DNA from: a virus
Taxonomy: Duplodnaviria; Caudoviricetes
Virus record (IMG/VR): IMGVR_UViG_3300016675_000012
Coordinates: 1-61,895 of that record
Strand: one strand, 5' to 3'
Length of the DNA stretch: 61,895 nucleotides
Positions 18,889-28,026 of the stretch are shown here, piece by piece. The first letter of the stretch is position 1. Each line of letters starts with the position of its first letter. Made by a program: the position numbers and the translations under genes. A model generated the notes under the pieces. It had not been told where the DNA came from. It did not search any database and was given only the letters and a program-made list of their open reading frames with translations.

Positions 18889-19320
18889 ATGGGCTTTGAA
18901 ATGCAAGTCGAAGAATGTGAACTCGGCTATGATCCTGAGTATCAGAACATCCCTGAAGACATTCTTTTCGAGATCGAGGATGGCAACGTCATCATCCACT
19001 ACGTTCTTTCGTCTCAGTTCCCTGAGAAGAACGGCTTCTGCTCGTGTGAACACTACGAGAGTGGGTGTCTCGATTACATGATCGAAGGTTGCATCGGGGA
19101 TCTCCCTGATGGCTACTACATGATCGAAAACGCCAATATCCACTATACTCGTGGTGATGGCTGGACCACTGACGATGATGCTGATCTGGATTTCGAGTCC
19201 ATTCGTGTGGCTCGATACTATGAGATACGAGACACCCTGTATCGCTGGGATGCTCTCAAAGCTCTCCCCAGACAGGTCTGGATCGCCCTCAACGTCCTGT
19301 GGGGAAGGGTGGTGTTCTGA
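18889..19320 (+). CDS. acidic hypothetical protein
   Basis: Strong AAGGAGG RBS; D/E/Y-rich. Confidence 0.75.
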   Translation: MGFEMQVEECELGYDPEYQNIPEDILFEIEDGNVIIHYVLSSQFPEKNGFCSCEHYESGCLDYMIEGCIGDLPDGYYMIENANIHYTRGDGWTTDDDADLDFESIRVARYYEIRDTLYRWDALKALPRQVWIALNVLWGRVVF

Positions 19321-19835
19321 TGTGCAGACGAACCCTCATTGATGACAAGATCAAGTCAAATATTGTCATCAAGGACTGCGGATACGAGACTCCCTGCCAT
19401 GTCTGGCAAGGCTCTCATTCCGGGACTGGTCGTGGTGGTGGATACCCTCGGATGTCTCTTGACGGTCAGACAGTGGCGGTTCACATCGTCGCTTACACCA
19501 ACAACAATGGGTTCGTCCCCGGCAAGAAACAAATCGACCACAAGTGCAACAATCGCTTGTGTGTGAACCCTGATCATCTTCAGATGGTCACGCACAAAAA
19601 GAACCAGAAACTCAGGATCGAACGATCCAGAAAGGCTTCCAATGTCACGAGCATTCTTGAACAACACGGTCAGCTACCCGGTCATGATGCTTCCCTTCAT
19701 GATCGAGGAGGAGACCAAATTCCAGAATTCGCCGGAATTCCAAAAGATGAAGAAGCAGCAATCGAAGACTCGATTGATGGGCGTTATCTTCCAGACCGTG
19801 CGTTCTGGAAAACGTCTCCCGATCTTCGCCCCTGA
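19320..19835 (+). CDS. HNH endonuclease (Zn-binding HNH_3 type)
   Basis: CHVWQG...GYPRM...VHIVAY...IDHKCNNRLCVNPDHL...N; TGATG coupling. Confidence 0.8.
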   Translation: MCRRTLIDDKIKSNIVIKDCGYETPCHVWQGSHSGTGRGGGYPRMSLDGQTVAVHIVAYTNNNGFVPGKKQIDHKCNNRLCVNPDHLQMVTHKKNQKLRIERSRKASNVTSILEQHGQLPGHDASLHDRGGDQIPEFAGIPKDEEAAIEDSIDGRYLPDRAFWKTSPDLRP

Positions 19836-19878
19836 TCATCGCATTCGTCCTCTGGAGAAGGTCGATGCTGCGAACTGA
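19642..19878 (+). CDS. hypothetical protein overlapping the HNH tail
   Basis: AAAGG RBS; overlaps the next gene's start as in a coupled operon. Confidence 0.5.
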   Translation: MSRAFLNNTVSYPVMMLPFMIEEETKFQNSPEFQKMKKQQSKTRLMGVIFQTVRSGKRLPIFAPDHRIRPLEKVDAAN

Positions 19879-20104
19879 TCCTCCCAAAGAGATCATCTAC
19901 TTCGACAAAGGTAGAGCGATTCTTCCCAACGAGAAGTTCCTTGTCTGCAAACGGAATGGATCACAAGAGATTGTGGTCCAGTCTGAACGCAGTGATGCAA
20001 GGGCTGAATACAGTGTGAACGTGATGAATGAGCATGAAGAGAACAATGCTCGTCTTCCCGTCTTCTACTGGAGAATGAGAAAGGAAGGCGAATGTCCAAC
20101 GTGA
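19865..20104 (+). CDS. hypothetical protein
   Basis: GGAG RBS; fills the operon. Confidence 0.65.
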   Translation: MLRTDPPKEIIYFDKGRAILPNEKFLVCKRNGSQEIVVQSERSDARAEYSVNVMNEHEENNARLPVFYWRMRKEGECPT

Positions 20105-20583
20105 GGACTGCTCATGCAACTGGTCAGACAATTCGCTATCACACCAATCCTGTGATGGCTCGACTGCATCAGACAGATGCTGACCATAGCTGGGGTGTGG
20201 CTATGATCATTCTGAAACTCCACCCCAATCCTTCTCGGAACCTTCTGGGTCAAGCCATTGCCCATGACTGTGGAGAGAAGTGGGCTGGTGATCTCAGCTA
20301 TCCCTTCAAGAGGATGTTCCCTGAGATTGGCCGTGCCCATGCTGAAGCTGAAGAACAGCTTGCCCGGAGACACAGCATCCCCCACTTTGAACTGACTCTG
20401 GATGAAGCCAAGTGGCTCAGATTTGCTGATCGTCTGGAGTGTCATCTATATGCTGAGATCTTCCATCCTTGGGTTGTGAAACAGCCTGACTGGGTGAAGC
20501 AGCATGAGATGATCATCGAGATGGCCAAGGATCTTGGAATCAACCAAGACATCTTTGAACCTCAGATCAATCTGTTTACCTGA
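20092..20583 (+). CDS. HD-domain nucleotide phosphohydrolase (YfbR/DatZ-like)
   Basis: RYHT...DADHSWGVA...AHDCGE...GD...PFK...ADRLE pattern. Confidence 0.8.
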   Translation: MSNVRTAHATGQTIRYHTNPVMARLHQTDADHSWGVAMIILKLHPNPSRNLLGQAIAHDCGEKWAGDLSYPFKRMFPEIGRAHAEAEEQLARRHSIPHFELTLDEAKWLRFADRLECHLYAEIFHPWVVKQPDWVKQHEMIIEMAKDLGINQDIFEPQINLFT

Positions 20584-20630
20584 AAGACTCGTCTTTTCGG
20601 TTTTTATCTGGCTTTGAAAGGCTCAAAGGA

Positions 20631-21032
20631 ATGCGTCAAACCATGGACACCTCGAAGATGGTCTTCGTCTTCGGGAGCAACCGCTCTGGCATCCACGGAG
20701 CTGGTGCAGCACGTTATGCTGCCCAGTATCGGGGTGCTGAGATGGGCGTAGGAGAAGGCCCCACAGGGAACTGCTATGCGCTTCCTACGAAGGGCTACAA
20801 CATCACCTTCATGTCTCTTGACGAGGTGACTGCCCATGTGCAGAAGTTCCTTTCCTACGCCAAAGAACATCCCGAACTGGACTTCCAAGTGACACAAGTT
20901 GGCTGTGGTCTAGGTGGGTTCAGAAAGGAGGACATCGCTCCTCTTTTCGAATACGCACCTGACAACTGCTACTTTGATGAGATGTGGAAGTCTCACTTGC
21001 CTCCGTCTGCCCAATACTGGGGAACTTTTTGA
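20631..21032 (+). CDS. macro-domain-like phage protein
   Basis: VFVFGSNRSGIHGAGAA...YALPT...FQVTQVGCGLGG...IAPLF motif set. Confidence 0.7.
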   Translation: MRQTMDTSKMVFVFGSNRSGIHGAGAARYAAQYRGAEMGVGEGPTGNCYALPTKGYNITFMSLDEVTAHVQKFLSYAKEHPELDFQVTQVGCGLGGFRKEDIAPLFEYAPDNCYFDEMWKSHLPPSAQYWGTF

Positions 21033-21511
21033 TGGAAAACTGGAAAGACTGTATAGGCTTCGAAGGTTACTATGAGATCAGTGACCAAGGAAATGCCAGA
21101 CGTGTTGGGAAGACAAAGCCTCTGGCTCAAGTCATCAACAAAGATGGCTATGTCTGTTTTGTCTTTTCAGTGAATGCCATCAAAACCAATGTGTTAGCTC
21201 ATCGGCTGGTAGCCATGGCTTTCATTGGACCTATTCCTCTGGGTCTCATTGTGCTTCACAATGATGGGATCAAGACAAACAATACACCATTGAACTTGAG
21301 ATATGGAAGCAATGCTGACAACTCTCAAGATATGGTGGATCATGGAAACCAAACCAAAGGAGAAGCATCGCACCTCTCCAAGCTAACTGAACAACAGATA
21401 CGGGAAATCCGATCTTCCACCCTATCCACAGTTCAGCTCGGGAAGATGTATGGTGTCTCCAAAGGAAACATTTCCATGATCAAAAACTTCGTCACATGGA
21501 AACATGTCTGA
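21032..21511 (+). CDS. NUMOD4-HNH homing endonuclease
   Basis: WKDCIGFEGYYEISDQG (NUMOD4), HRLVAMAF, HNDGIKTNN...NL, KLTEQQIREIR HTH. Confidence 0.9.
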   Translation: MENWKDCIGFEGYYEISDQGNARRVGKTKPLAQVINKDGYVCFVFSVNAIKTNVLAHRLVAMAFIGPIPLGLIVLHNDGIKTNNTPLNLRYGSNADNSQDMVDHGNQTKGEASHLSKLTEQQIREIRSSTLSTVQLGKMYGVSKGNISMIKNFVTWKHV

Positions 21512-21559
21512 CGTTCTGAACCTGACCCCACCCTGCTTGCATCAGGGTCGAGGGTGAGT

Positions 21560-21609
21560 GAAGCCCCTGCTGGTTTTCCCGACCCAAACCAGTGGGGGCT
21601 TCTGTTTTT
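21560..21609 (+). terminator. Rho-independent terminator upstream of nrdJ
   Basis: GAAGCCCCTGCTGGTTT / AAACCAGTGGGGGCTTC stem followed by TGTTTTT. Confidence 0.75.
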
Positions 21610-21630
21610 CCAACTGAAGAAAGGGACATC

Positions 21631-23955
21631 ATGTCTTCAAAAAACCCCTTCTCCCAACCGATCTCTGAGCAGATCTGGAGGGAAAAGTATCGTCTGATCA
21701 CTCAACGAGAAGAAGTGCCAGATGATGAAACGGTCCAAGACACTTGGATGCGTATCGCCAAAGCCTGTGCAAACTCTCAGCCTGAGCTGTATGGCCATGA
21801 TCACACCATGGACCTTCCTGACACTGTGATCGCTTCCCGAACTCGTGAGTTCTACTCGGCTCTTGAAGACTTCAAGTTCCTTCCTGCTGGTCGTATCACT
21901 GCTGGTGCTGGTTCAGGTCGAAATGTGACCCTGTTCAACTGCTACGTCATGGGCACCATTCCTGACTCCATGGCAGGTATCTTTGACATGCTCAAGGAAG
22001 CTGCTCTGACCATGCAACAAGGCGGTGGTATCGGTTATGACTTCAGCACCCTTCGTCCCAAAGGGGCACCTGTCAAAGGTGTGGATGCTGACGCTTCTGG
22101 TCCTCTGACGTTCATGGATGTCTGGGACGCAATGTGTCGAACAGTCATGAGTGCTGGTTCTCGTCGTGGAGCCATGATGGCAACCATGAGATGTGACCAT
22201 CCTGACATCGAAGACTTCATCACGGCCAAGAGAGATCCTCTGCGTCTTCGTATGTTCAATCTGAGTGTGCTGGTCACAGACGCATTCATGAATGCCGTGA
22301 AGAATGACGCTGACTGGAACCTCCACTTTACCAATCGTCATGGTGAACGTCGGATCTACAAGACGGTGAGAGCCAGAGATCTTTGGGAAAAGATCATGGA
22401 CAACACTTACAACTTTGCTGAACCGGGTGTGATCTTCATCGACCGGATCAATGCAATGAACAACCTGTGGTATGCTGAAACCATTGCAGCTACCAATCCT
22501 TGTGGTGAGCAACCTCTGCCTCCCTATGGAGCTTGTCTCCTTGGTTCAGTGAACCTGACCAAAGTGGTGATCAATGCTTTCACCAAAGATTCCTACATTG
22601 ACTGGGATCTTTTGGAGAAAGTCACCAAGCAGGCTGTAGAAATCCTTGATGCAGTCATCGACATTTCCCTGTTCCCCATTCCACAGCAACTAGCTGAAGC
22701 CAAAGCCAAGCGTCGTATGGGGATCGGGATCACTGGTCTGGCTGATACTCTCCTCATGATGGGTCTGACCTATGGTTCAGACGAGGCTGCAAGCCTTCTG
22801 GACACCATCATGATGACCATGACCTGTGCTGCCTACAGACAGTCTATCGAGCTTGCCAAGCTCTATGGACCCTGCCCTGTGACCATGACTCTGGAACAAC
22901 GTCAGAAGTATGTATCTGGTCGTTTCATCTCAAGTCTGCCTAAAGACATCCAAGATGGTATCATCCAGCATGGGATCAGAAACAGCCACCTGATGTCGAT
23001 TGCTCCCACAGGGACCATCAGCCTGTATGCTGGTAATATCTCCAGTGGTATCGAGCCTATCTTTGCTCCTTCCTACACTCGCAAGGTTCTGAATCCTGAT
23101 GGAACCAAGAGACTGGAGAAAGTCGAAGACTATGCAGTTCGACTCTATCGTGAGCTGATCAACTTCGATGATGATGATCCCATTCCTCATCTGGTGACAG
23201 CTCAAGATCTTCCTGCTTCTGCTCATCTGAAGATGCAGGCAACAGCTCAGAAGTGGGTAGACAGCTCTATCAGCAAGACCATCAACCTGCCTGAAGAGAT
23301 CTCCTTTGAAGAGTTCAAAGAGGTCTACATGGTGGCCTATGAGTCTGGCTGCAAAGGCTGCACCACCTATCGGCCCAATCCTGTCACTGGTTCCATTCTC
23401 GCTGTTGAAGAGAAACCAAAGGAAAAACCAGAGACCAAGCCTGAGCCTCAAGTTCTTGCTGGTCGTCCCGAAGCTCTGCAAGGGTCAACCTACAAGATCA
23501 AGACTGGTGGATCTGAACATGCGATGTATGTCTCCATGACCTACATCGAAGAAGATGGGAAGAAGCGTCCTTACGAAGTCTTCATGAACTCCAAGAACAT
23601 GGAACACTTCGCTTGGACAGTCGCTCTCACTCGAATGATTTCGGCTATCTTCAGACGTGGTGGTGACGTTTCCTTTGTGGTCGAAGAACTGAAAGCAGTC
23701 TTTGATCCCAGAGGCGGAAGCTGGGTCAAAGGACGTTATATCCCCTCTGATGCTGCTGCCATTGGTGGGGTCATCGAAGAATTCATGATGGAAATCAACT
23801 ACATTCCAGAGAATGTCAAAGTTGTTTCCAAAGCGATTCCTGCTGATGTCTCTGTTGAAAAGGTTGAGCTTTGCTCCAAGTGTCATAGCTCAAACATGAA
23901 GAACGAGTCTGGATGCCTTGCGTGTCTGGATTGTGGCCACTCCAAGTGTGGCTGA
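21631..23955 (+). CDS. nrdJ: class II (adenosylcobalamin-dependent) ribonucleotide reductase
   Basis: LFNCYV, RRGAMM, TNPCGEQPL, CLLGS, IAPTGTIS and KGCTTYR motifs; C-terminal TSCPD-like domain and CxxC...CxxC...KCG; no small-subunit gene nearby. Confidence 0.92.
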   Translation: MSSKNPFSQPISEQIWREKYRLITQREEVPDDETVQDTWMRIAKACANSQPELYGHDHTMDLPDTVIASRTREFYSALEDFKFLPAGRITAGAGSGRNVTLFNCYVMGTIPDSMAGIFDMLKEAALTMQQGGGIGYDFSTLRPKGAPVKGVDADASGPLTFMDVWDAMCRTVMSAGSRRGAMMATMRCDHPDIEDFITAKRDPLRLRMFNLSVLVTDAFMNAVKNDADWNLHFTNRHGERRIYKTVRARDLWEKIMDNTYNFAEPGVIFIDRINAMNNLWYAETIAATNPCGEQPLPPYGACLLGSVNLTKVVINAFTKDSYIDWDLLEKVTKQAVEILDAVIDISLFPIPQQLAEAKAKRRMGIGITGLADTLLMMGLTYGSDEAASLLDTIMMTMTCAAYRQSIELAKLYGPCPVTMTLEQRQKYVSGRFISSLPKDIQDGIIQHGIRNSHLMSIAPTGTISLYAGNISSGIEPIFAPSYTRKVLNPDGTKRLEKVEDYAVRLYRELINFDDDDPIPHLVTAQDLPASAHLKMQATAQKWVDSSISKTINLPEEISFEEFKEVYMVAYESGCKGCTTYRPNPVTGSILAVEEKPKEKPETKPEPQVLAGRPEALQGSTYKIKTGGSEHAMYVSMTYIEEDGKKRPYEVFMNSKNMEHFAWTVALTRMISAIFRRGGDVSFVVEELKAVFDPRGGSWVKGRYIPSDAAAIGGVIEEFMMEINYIPENVKVVSKAIPADVSVEKVELCSKCHSSNMKNESGCLACLDCGHSKCG

Positions 23956-23963
23956 TCTCAAGC

Positions 23964-23987
23964 GGGGGAGGGAGCAATCTCTCCCCC
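23964..23987 (+). terminator. GC-rich hairpin after nrdJ (terminator or processing site)
   Basis: GGGGGAGGGA-GCAA-TCTCTCCCCC; no clear U tract. Confidence 0.45.
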
Positions 23988-24009
23988 TAAACCATGGCAG
24001 GTAAGAAAA

Positions 24010-25284
24010 ATGTCACTTAACAAGGGCCAACAGGCTGGATTCCTTGATGTAATCAAGTTCATCAACGATCCAACACAGAAGTATGCACACGTTTCAGGTG
24101 GTGCAGGAACAGGCAAGACCTATTTCATCAGCCAGATCGCTGAAAACATCCTGAAGCACAAAGCGCCTCAAGTGCCTCTCTATTCAGTGGCAATTACCGC
24201 AACCACCAACAAAGCTGCTGCGGTTATTTCTGATGCCATGCCTCAAAGGGCTGGCGAGATTGGCACTATCTTCTCTTTCATGAACCTCCGAGTTCACGAG
24301 AATTTCGCCACTGGTGAGACATCCATTGTCCCTACTCCCAATTGGAAAGTCCACTCTGGCTATTTTGTCATTATCGACGAATGTTCAATGGTGACAAAAG
24401 ATCTATTCAAATACCTTGAGAAAGGTTTGGACAATACCTGCAAAGTTCTCTTTGTTGGTGACAAGAATCAATTGGCTCCTGTGAAGGAAACCATTTCCCT
24501 CATCTACACCCAGAACTTCCAGATCAGTTATCTGACTCAGCCTGTTCGGAACGCAAATCAACCTGCTCTCATGGCTCTCTGCGAACAAGCAAAACAAACA
24601 GTTCTGACTGGTCAGTTCTTCCCCATCAAGGAAGTCCCCGGAGTCATAGACTTTGTTGATGGCACCACTGTTCAGGGAATCCTTGAAAGGGAATTCCTGA
24701 AAGAAGATCCCGGCAAGAGAGTCATTTGCTACACCAACAAAAGGGTGCTGCAATACAATGACTACATTCGTCAGATTCGTGGATACTCCAAATCCTATGA
24801 AGTCGGTGAAATCCTCTCCAACAACAGCTCTGCTGAATTGTTGGGAAAAGAGCGTCTCTATACTGACCAAGTGGTTCAGGTGAAAACCATCGTCTCTGAA
24901 CAGGATGACCCCCACATCGTTCCGGGAAATCATGTTCCTACTGTCACGCTTCAGGTCGAAGATGTGATGAGCCATGTCCTCTATGAGGTCACTGTGTTCA
25001 AGCATTACCAAGACCGTGATGCTGCCATGAAGTATTACAGCTCCCGGAAGCAGTGGGACAAATACTTCAAGGTCAAGAACAACTTCCCGGATCTCCGTTC
25101 AGTGTCTGCATCCACAGCTCACAAAGCTCAAGGTTCAACATATGATTCTGTGATTGTGGACTTGTCAGACATCGGAACTTGCACCAATCTCGATCAGACA
25201 GCTCGTATGCTTTATGTCGCTTTGAGCCGACCCAGAAGCAGGCTGTTCATTCGGGGCAAGCTTCCTGATCGGTATTTCTCCTGA
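24010..25284 (+). CDS. SF1B RecD/Dda-like DNA helicase (N4 gp37-like)
   Basis: GGAGTGKT, TATTNKAA, IIDECSM, GDKNQL, TAHKAQGSTY and LYVALSR motifs. Confidence 0.9.
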   Translation: MSLNKGQQAGFLDVIKFINDPTQKYAHVSGGAGTGKTYFISQIAENILKHKAPQVPLYSVAITATTNKAAAVISDAMPQRAGEIGTIFSFMNLRVHENFATGETSIVPTPNWKVHSGYFVIIDECSMVTKDLFKYLEKGLDNTCKVLFVGDKNQLAPVKETISLIYTQNFQISYLTQPVRNANQPALMALCEQAKQTVLTGQFFPIKEVPGVIDFVDGTTVQGILEREFLKEDPGKRVICYTNKRVLQYNDYIRQIRGYSKSYEVGEILSNNSSAELLGKERLYTDQVVQVKTIVSEQDDPHIVPGNHVPTVTLQVEDVMSHVLYEVTVFKHYQDRDAAMKYYSSRKQWDKYFKVKNNFPDLRSVSASTAHKAQGSTYDSVIVDLSDIGTCTNLDQTARMLYVALSRPRSRLFIRGKLPDRYFS

Positions 25285-25323
25285 TGGCATACCTCCACAC
25301 ACTCACAATGAAGAGAATCGAAG

Positions 25324-27375
25324 ATGAAATACGAGATCGTTGGAAAGGGCAACAAACCCAACATTGCAATTCTGTGCCCTCGGATTCAACCCGAGGAGAT
25401 AGAAAAGCATTACGGGGATCTTCTGCAACTTGGGTCATCACTGATGGTCTGCGACCTCTATCAGGATCGAACCAAGAAGAAGACGAGCAACGATCAGATC
25501 AAGGAATACCTGAATGATCTGATGCCTCATCTGATTTCTCGTGGAATCAACTTCCTGATCGTGACTCATCCTGAATACTTCAAGGTTCTGTCTCGACAAT
25601 CGAAAACAGATGCCACCATTGGTGACATCTATCCCTCCATATTCCATGGAGTGGATGTGACCTACTTCCCGAACTATGGTCGTGTCTTCTATGACCCAGA
25701 GAAAACCAAAGCCAAAATCGACATTGGAGTGTCGTCGGTCATTCGCTGGATGAAGGGAGACAAGACTCCCATTGGACAATCCATCATCAAGTTCGAAGCT
25801 TATCCAATGACTGATCAAGAGATTCTTGATTGGCTGGACAAGCTGTATGAAATGGATGTGGATCTGACCTGTGACATCGAAGGTTTCAGCCTGAAGCATT
25901 ACGATGCTGGGATTGGGACCATCACTTTCTGCTGGACTGAGAATGAAGGCATAGCTTTCCCAGTAGACTATGTGACTGATCCTTCCACTGGTTTGGGAAT
26001 GCAGGTCAAGAATCTGAGAATCAGGAGAGCCTTGAAGAAGTTCTTTCAGGTTTTCCGCAGGAAGATGACCTATCACAACATCTGCTATGACGCATATGTT
26101 CTGATCTACCAGCTCTTCATGGACCATATCTTGGACCAAGAAGGTATGCTGGAAGGTCTCGAAGTGATCCTGAGAAATTGGGATTGCTCTCAGATCATTA
26201 CCTATCTGGCAACCAATTCCTGCTCAGGGAATGAACTGGGTCTCAAGACTCAAGCTCAAGAATTTGCAGGAAACTATGCTCAGGAAGAGATTCACGACAT
26301 CACCAAGATTCCGCTCAAGGATCTCCTGAAATACAACCTGACAGATGGTCTTGCCACTTGGCATGTCTACAAAAAGAATCTGCCAATCATGATTGCTGAC
26401 GATCAGATAGGTGTTTACCATCAGATCTTCAGACCCGCTGTAGTTGACATCATCCAGATGCAGCTCACGGGTATGCCCATCAACATGAAGAAGGTGGTTC
26501 GTCTGAATAGACAGCTCCAGCAGGAGTCTGAAAACCACATTCGGTTGATGAACAACCTTGGAATCGTGAAGAGCTTCGTTGACCAAATGCTTGATGAGCA
26601 TGTGGCCAAGAAGAACTCCGAATACAAGAAGAAGGTCATCACCAAGGCAGATGTGAAACCGGAAACAATCACGTTCAACCCCGGTTCTCCAAAGCAGCTC
26701 CAAGAGTTCCTCTACTCTCAGGATTTCCTTGGTTTGCCTGTTCTGGATTACACAGACACCAAGCTTCCGGCTACAGGTGCTGATACACTGGAAAAGCTTC
26801 TCAAGCATACCAGTGATCCAGAAGTGATTCTCTTCTTGAACATCCTGATCGAATACAAGGCTTCTGCGATCATCCTCTCTACGTTCCTCCCAGCCTTCCT
26901 ACAGGCCAAGGAAGGTAACGATGGTTGGCATTACCTGTTCGGGAACTTCAGGCTTGGTGGAACAGCCTCTGGCCGTCTGTCATCGAACAACCCGAACATG
27001 CAAAACATCCCTGCTTCTGGCTCTACCAAAGCCAAGCAGAGACTTGCCAAACTGATCAAGGAATGCTTTGAAGCACCACCCGGATGGCTGTTTGTCGGTC
27101 TCGACTTTGACTCTCTGGAAGACAAGATCTCTGCTGTCACAACCAGAGATCCCCAAAAGATCAGGGTCTACACTGATGGATACGATGGCCACTGCTTGAG
27201 AGCTTTCGCTTACTTCAAGGAGCATATGCCAGACATCCAAACCTGTCCTCCGACTGCTATCCCCTACAAGGCTGTAGCCGGAGACACGACCTACTTCTTC
27301 CACTCTGAAGAAGAAGTAGAATACCTCGGACAAGTCTACAAAGGGTCCGAGCTTTTCAAACTTCTGAACCAATGA
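25324..27375 (+). CDS. family A DNA polymerase, N-terminal subunit (3'-5' exonuclease, thumb, motif A)
   Basis: Exo motifs DIEG, HNICYD, YNLTD; GRLSSNNPNMQNIP; motif A GLDFDSLE; DGHCLRA; lacks motifs B and C. Confidence 0.9.
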   Translation: MKYEIVGKGNKPNIAILCPRIQPEEIEKHYGDLLQLGSSLMVCDLYQDRTKKKTSNDQIKEYLNDLMPHLISRGINFLIVTHPEYFKVLSRQSKTDATIGDIYPSIFHGVDVTYFPNYGRVFYDPEKTKAKIDIGVSSVIRWMKGDKTPIGQSIIKFEAYPMTDQEILDWLDKLYEMDVDLTCDIEGFSLKHYDAGIGTITFCWTENEGIAFPVDYVTDPSTGLGMQVKNLRIRRALKKFFQVFRRKMTYHNICYDAYVLIYQLFMDHILDQEGMLEGLEVILRNWDCSQIITYLATNSCSGNELGLKTQAQEFAGNYAQEEIHDITKIPLKDLLKYNLTDGLATWHVYKKNLPIMIADDQIGVYHQIFRPAVVDIIQMQLTGMPINMKKVVRLNRQLQQESENHIRLMNNLGIVKSFVDQMLDEHVAKKNSEYKKKVITKADVKPETITFNPGSPKQLQEFLYSQDFLGLPVLDYTDTKLPATGADTLEKLLKHTSDPEVILFLNILIEYKASAIILSTFLPAFLQAKEGNDGWHYLFGNFRLGGTASGRLSSNNPNMQNIPASGSTKAKQRLAKLIKECFEAPPGWLFVGLDFDSLEDKISAVTTRDPQKIRVYTDGYDGHCLRAFAYFKEHMPDIQTCPPTAIPYKAVAGDTTYFFHSEEEVEYLGQVYKGSELFKLLNQ

Positions 27376-27382
27376 GGAAATC

Positions 27383-27550
27383 ATGAAGAAAAATGTGTTG
27401 TCCTTTGATGAAGCAATCTCTCTGCTTCATGTAGGGGCATACAATTTCAAGTTCCAAAGTCAGCGTGGTGACACGTTTGCTGTGGAGCTTGACCACAATC
27501 TTCGTCCGAAGATTGATCCTGTCGAAACTGAAGAAGAGGAAACCAAATGA
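27383..27550 (+). CDS. hypothetical protein (55 aa; below the ORF-track cutoff)
   Basis: GAGG RBS; MKKNVLSFDEAISLL...EEEETK; ATGA overlap with the next gene. Confidence 0.65.
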   Translation: MKKNVLSFDEAISLLHVGAYNFKFQSQRGDTFAVELDHNLRPKIDPVETEEEETK

Positions 27551-28026
27551 AAGATCTCACTCAGTATGCTGTGAGCAAGATGGTCAACGCCAAACCCATG
27601 ACTCGTGGCGAATACAACAAGTTCCGTGAATGGGAACTGCCTGCCAACGAGAACGGGGATGACGAAGGCTATCTTGTCATTCGCCAACGTGAAGGCGATG
27701 ACCATATGGCTTGGATCCCCAAAGCCATTTTCGAAGAGGAAGCCATCAACTGTTCTGATGGTATGCCCTTCTCTGTCGCACTCGAACAAGTGCTGAACCA
27801 TGGTGCCCGAGCAACTCGCAAAGGCTGGATCGGCAAGAAGATGTTCATCTTCCTCGTTCCGGGTTCTGAATTCGAGGTGAATCGTGAGCCTCTCCTGTCG
27901 ATTCTCGGTGAAGGAACCAAGGTGAAATACCACGGTCACATCGACATGAAGACTGCGACTGGAGAGATCGTTCCTTGGTTGGCTTCTCAAGCTGACCTCC
28001 AAGCCACGGACTGGACGTTTGTCTAA
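27547..28026 (+). CDS. DUF2829/Tad2-like protein with an extra N-terminal domain
   Basis: C-terminal MPFSVALE...ATRKGWIGKKMFIFL...VPWLASQADLQATDW matches the DUF2829 pattern; N-terminal AKPMTRGEY...GYLV...WIPKAIFE domain. Confidence 0.75.
   Translation: MKDLTQYAVSKMVNAKPMTRGEYNKFREWELPANENGDDEGYLVIRQREGDDHMAWIPKAIFEEEAINCSDGMPFSVALEQVLNHGARATRKGWIGKKMFIFLVPGSEFEVNREPLLSILGEGTKVKYHGHIDMKTATGEIVPWLASQADLQATDWTFV

Noticed and set aside
20092-20583. Z-genome (2-aminoadenine) system suggested by the DatZ-like HD protein
   Set aside because: No purZ or mazZ is recognisable in the window; an HD domain alone is not diagnostic.
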